DNA of 64,000 nt, from the NCBI GenBank assembly GCA_937982505.1, contig CALJLV010000066.1:4819-68818 (forward strand), given 5' to 3'. Below, one piece after another: positions 62,043-64,000 of the stretch (the first letter of the stretch is position 1; each line of letters begins with the position of its first letter). The notes beneath the pieces were generated by a model. The model worked only from the letters and a program-made list of their open reading frames with translations. It was not told the DNA's origin and made no database searches. This DNA is from an uncultured Desulfobacteraceae bacterium. Lineage in GTDB: Bacteria; Desulfobacterota; Desulfobacteria; Desulfobacterales; UBA2174. The position numbers were made by a program, and so were the translations under genes.

Positions 62043-63650
62043 TCAGGGCATCGCCCGGTGGTAAGGCGGAAAGACCTTCTCCTCGACGGTGGACCCCATC
62101 ATGCGGTCCACCGTCAGGGTGGCGCTCAGGGCGGCGGCATCCACGCCGCAGCCCAGCAGCCGTTTGCCGTACTGATCGCCGGTGAAGTAGAGCCCTTCGA
62201 CCCATGGGGACTTGACATCCACCCGGTCGGTGCCCACGGGCTGGATCCAGGCAAAGGCGTGATCGCAGCACATCCAGAGCATGAATTCCATCTCCGAGGC
62301 CCACCTGTCGGCGCCGAAGGTCTCTTTCCACCAGTTTTCGTTCCAGTCCATCACCCGGGACACCTTGCGGGCGTCGCGCATCTCCTCGTGGGTCAGGGCG
62401 GTGGAAAAGATCCAGCCGTGCTTGCCCGCCGGGGCGCTGCCCGTCTCCGCGGTGAGGTCCGGGCTTGAATTGAAGCCCTCGTTGACGTTGGCCAGGTTCC
62501 ACAGGACCATGTCGACGCAGCCGCTGTAGCCCTCTTCGGCGCTGATGACATCCGGCATGTAGATGAAGCTGCGCTCCTCGATCCCCTTTGCCGCCCAGAC
62601 GTTGGACCTCATGTTGCCCAGGCCCGTGATCATGCCGGCCCCCCAGAACTGCTGCTGGATGCCGTCAACGACTTCTTGGGGGAAATACCTGGGATGGATC
62701 AGGTTCAGCATCTGCTTGGAGGGAACGTTGCAGATGATCTTGTCGGCATAGACCGTCTCGTACCCGCTGCCCGTCTGATAGGTCACCCCCCTGGCCGCAC
62801 CGTCTTCGATGATCACCTCGACCACCGGGCAGCTTCTGAGCACCTGGCCCCCGTTGGCCTTGAGCACCTGCTCCATCAGCAGGGCGAAGGAGATGGTCCC
62901 CGGGTTGGGCACCGAGGCGCAGGAGCCTTCCACCAGGTTCATGCGGATGGGTCCGGCCGTGGCCATGTGCACCAGGACGTCGGGCGCGGGCGTGAGGTTG
63001 AGGTCGGCCTGACCGGTCTGGGACGCGGCGAGCACCTTGATGTAGTCGTAAGCCTCCTGGCTCACGTTTCTCGCCTGGAGCCAGTTCTCGAAAGACATGT
63101 GCCGCGTCTGGCCGATCTCGTCCATCGACAAGGTGACCATGTCCCTCAAGGCCTTCATCGTCGACTTGAACCCCTCCGGGCTCATCCACCGATACGGTTC
63201 GCCCTTGGCGACCTGGTAGGCCCGGTTGCCGTTCTTGTAATCCACGAAGGCGAAACCGACGTTGCAGGGCATCTGCACCGGTTTGCCCAGGTAGTCCATC
63301 AGGCAGCGGATCTTGCCCTTGTTGCCCCAGAACAGCCCATGGCCGACATCCAGGGTGGTGCCGTCGAAGAGGCCCTTCTGGAAGCAGGTCTTCAAATCCG
63401 GCGTGCACCTGGGCGCCCAGGCGCCGATCATGGCCAGATCGCGCCGGAAGCCGTTGGCGTCCCGTTCCAGCCCGTCGATATATACCTTGTCGCCTTTGCC
63501 CACCCAGGAGGCCAGACGACCGCCGATAAACGGAGCCTTCTCGAGTACCAGGACCTTCTGGTTGAAGTCCCGGGCCAGAATGCTGGCGGATCCCAAACCG
63601 GCCACGCCGGAGCCGATGACCACGACATCGTACTTTTGCGACATTTTCAA
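62043..63650 (-). CDS. NAD(P)/FAD-dependent oxidoreductase (phytoene desaturase/CrtI-like amine-oxidase fold)
   Basis: YDVVVIGSGVAGLGSASILA...VLVLEKAPFIGGR is a GxGxxG motif followed by the GG motif. The protein is 535 aa. Confidence 0.8.
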   Translation of the reverse strand: MKMSQKYDVVVIGSGVAGLGSASILARDFNQKVLVLEKAPFIGGRLASWVGKGDKVYIDGLERDANGFRRDLAMIGAWAPRCTPDLKTCFQKGLFDGTTLDVGHGLFWGNKGKIRCLMDYLGKPVQMPCNVGFAFVDYKNGNRAYQVAKGEPYRWMSPEGFKSTMKALRDMVTLSMDEIGQTRHMSFENWLQARNVSQEAYDYIKVLAASQTGQADLNLTPAPDVLVHMATAGPIRMNLVEGSCASVPNPGTISFALLMEQVLKANGGQVLRSCPVVEVIIEDGAARGVTYQTGSGYETVYADKIICNVPSKQMLNLIHPRYFPQEVVDGIQQQFWGAGMITGLGNMRSNVWAAKGIEERSFIYMPDVISAEEGYSGCVDMVLWNLANVNEGFNSSPDLTAETGSAPAGKHGWIFSTALTHEEMRDARKVSRVMDWNENWWKETFGADRWASEMEFMLWMCCDHAFAWIQPVGTDRVDVKSPWVEGLYFTGDQYGKRLLGCGVDAAALSATLTVDRMMGSTVEEKVFPPYHRAMP

Positions 63651-63702
63651 CCTCCTTGAAGGGTTTCATCCGGACGCGCCACAGGTGCGAATCCGATCGC
63701 CA

Positions 63703-64000
63703 TCACCCGGCCAACGCGCGCCGCAGCACCTTGCCGGCGCCGCTTTTGGGCAGGCTGTCCACAAATTCGATTTGACGCGGATACTTGTAGGCCGCCATGT
63801 GGGCCTTGCAAAAGGCGATGATCTCCTCCTCGCTGACCTTTCCTCTGGCATCGGCCGCCAGCACCACGAAGCCCTTGGGTTCCTCGCCCCGGTAGGGATG
63901 GGAAACACCGACGGTCACCGCTTCGACCACAGCCGGGTGCCGCACCAGAACGGCATCGATTTCGGCCAGAAAGACCGAGTAGCCGGACACCTTGATCATC
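63703..64000 (-). CDS. AMP-dependent synthetase/ligase (acyl-CoA synthetase), C-terminal fragment; the gene runs off the window
   Basis: IKVSGYSVFLAEIDAVLVRHPAV...YKYPRQIEFVDSLPKSGAGKVLRR is the conserved ANL-family C-terminal subdomain with the catalytic Lys. Confidence 0.8.
   Translation of the reverse strand, partial: MIKVSGYSVFLAEIDAVLVRHPAVVEAVTVGVSHPYRGEEPKGFVVLAADARGKVSEEEIIAFCKAHMAAYKYPRQIEFVDSLPKSGAGKVLRRALAG

Noticed and set aside
1-64000. Search for tRNA/rRNA genes, transposases, integrases, phage genes, toxin-antitoxin pairs and known defence systems
   Set aside because: None recognised. The intergenic regions are short or look promoter-like, and no ORF translation shows DDE, tyrosine recombinase, Cas or restriction-modification hallmarks. 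A proper tRNAscan/Infernal/HMM run is needed to be certain.

Overview
High-GC bacterial chromosomal window (GC looks about 65-70% by eye, not computed). The gene content suggests an anaerobic Desulfobacterota-like organism: sigma-54 activator, ETF/CCG iron-sulfur proteins, DUF362 and a TAXI receptor. That taxonomic call is low-confidence inference. I found no rRNA, tRNA, CRISPR array or recognisable mobile element.

Layout:
- 1-8.8 kb, housekeeping genes: HEAT-like protein, COG2509-type flavoprotein, yhbY, rarD, ihfA, UPF0016 protein, tkt and a radical SAM protein.
- 9-27.3 kb, accessory cell-surface cluster: S8 protease with a dockerin-like tail, a TPR plus beta-barrel outer-membrane protein, a FecR-domain protein, a 3731-aa mosaic protein, a polytopic membrane/HEAT-like protein and a CPBP intramembrane protease.
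- 27.3-39.8 kb: a sigma-54 enhancer-binding protein divergent from a 3568-aa single-polypeptide PUFA/PKS-like megasynthase. The intergenic region is AT-rich and holds a sigma-54-like promoter and six tandem 9-bp repeats.
- 39.9-64 kb: TAXI receptor plus hybrid histidine kinase, then a dense acyl-CoA/redox region. It contains a kinase + ACAD + TetR operon, etfBA, HADH, DUF362, CCG Fe-S proteins, a GlcD-like flavoprotein, a patatin-like protein, a long ACAD, a CrtI-like oxidoreductase and a partial acyl-CoA ligase.

Best candidate for a new system: the 3731-aa protein ends in a Gly-rich/Cys motif, a hydrophobic helix and an Arg cluster. It is translationally coupled to a membrane protein followed by a catalytically intact CPBP protease, and is preceded by a Slam-like TPR/beta-barrel protein. 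This suggests a dedicated Cys-dependent C-terminal sorting and surface-display system.

All calls rest on reading the supplied translations and the DNA. No database search was run.
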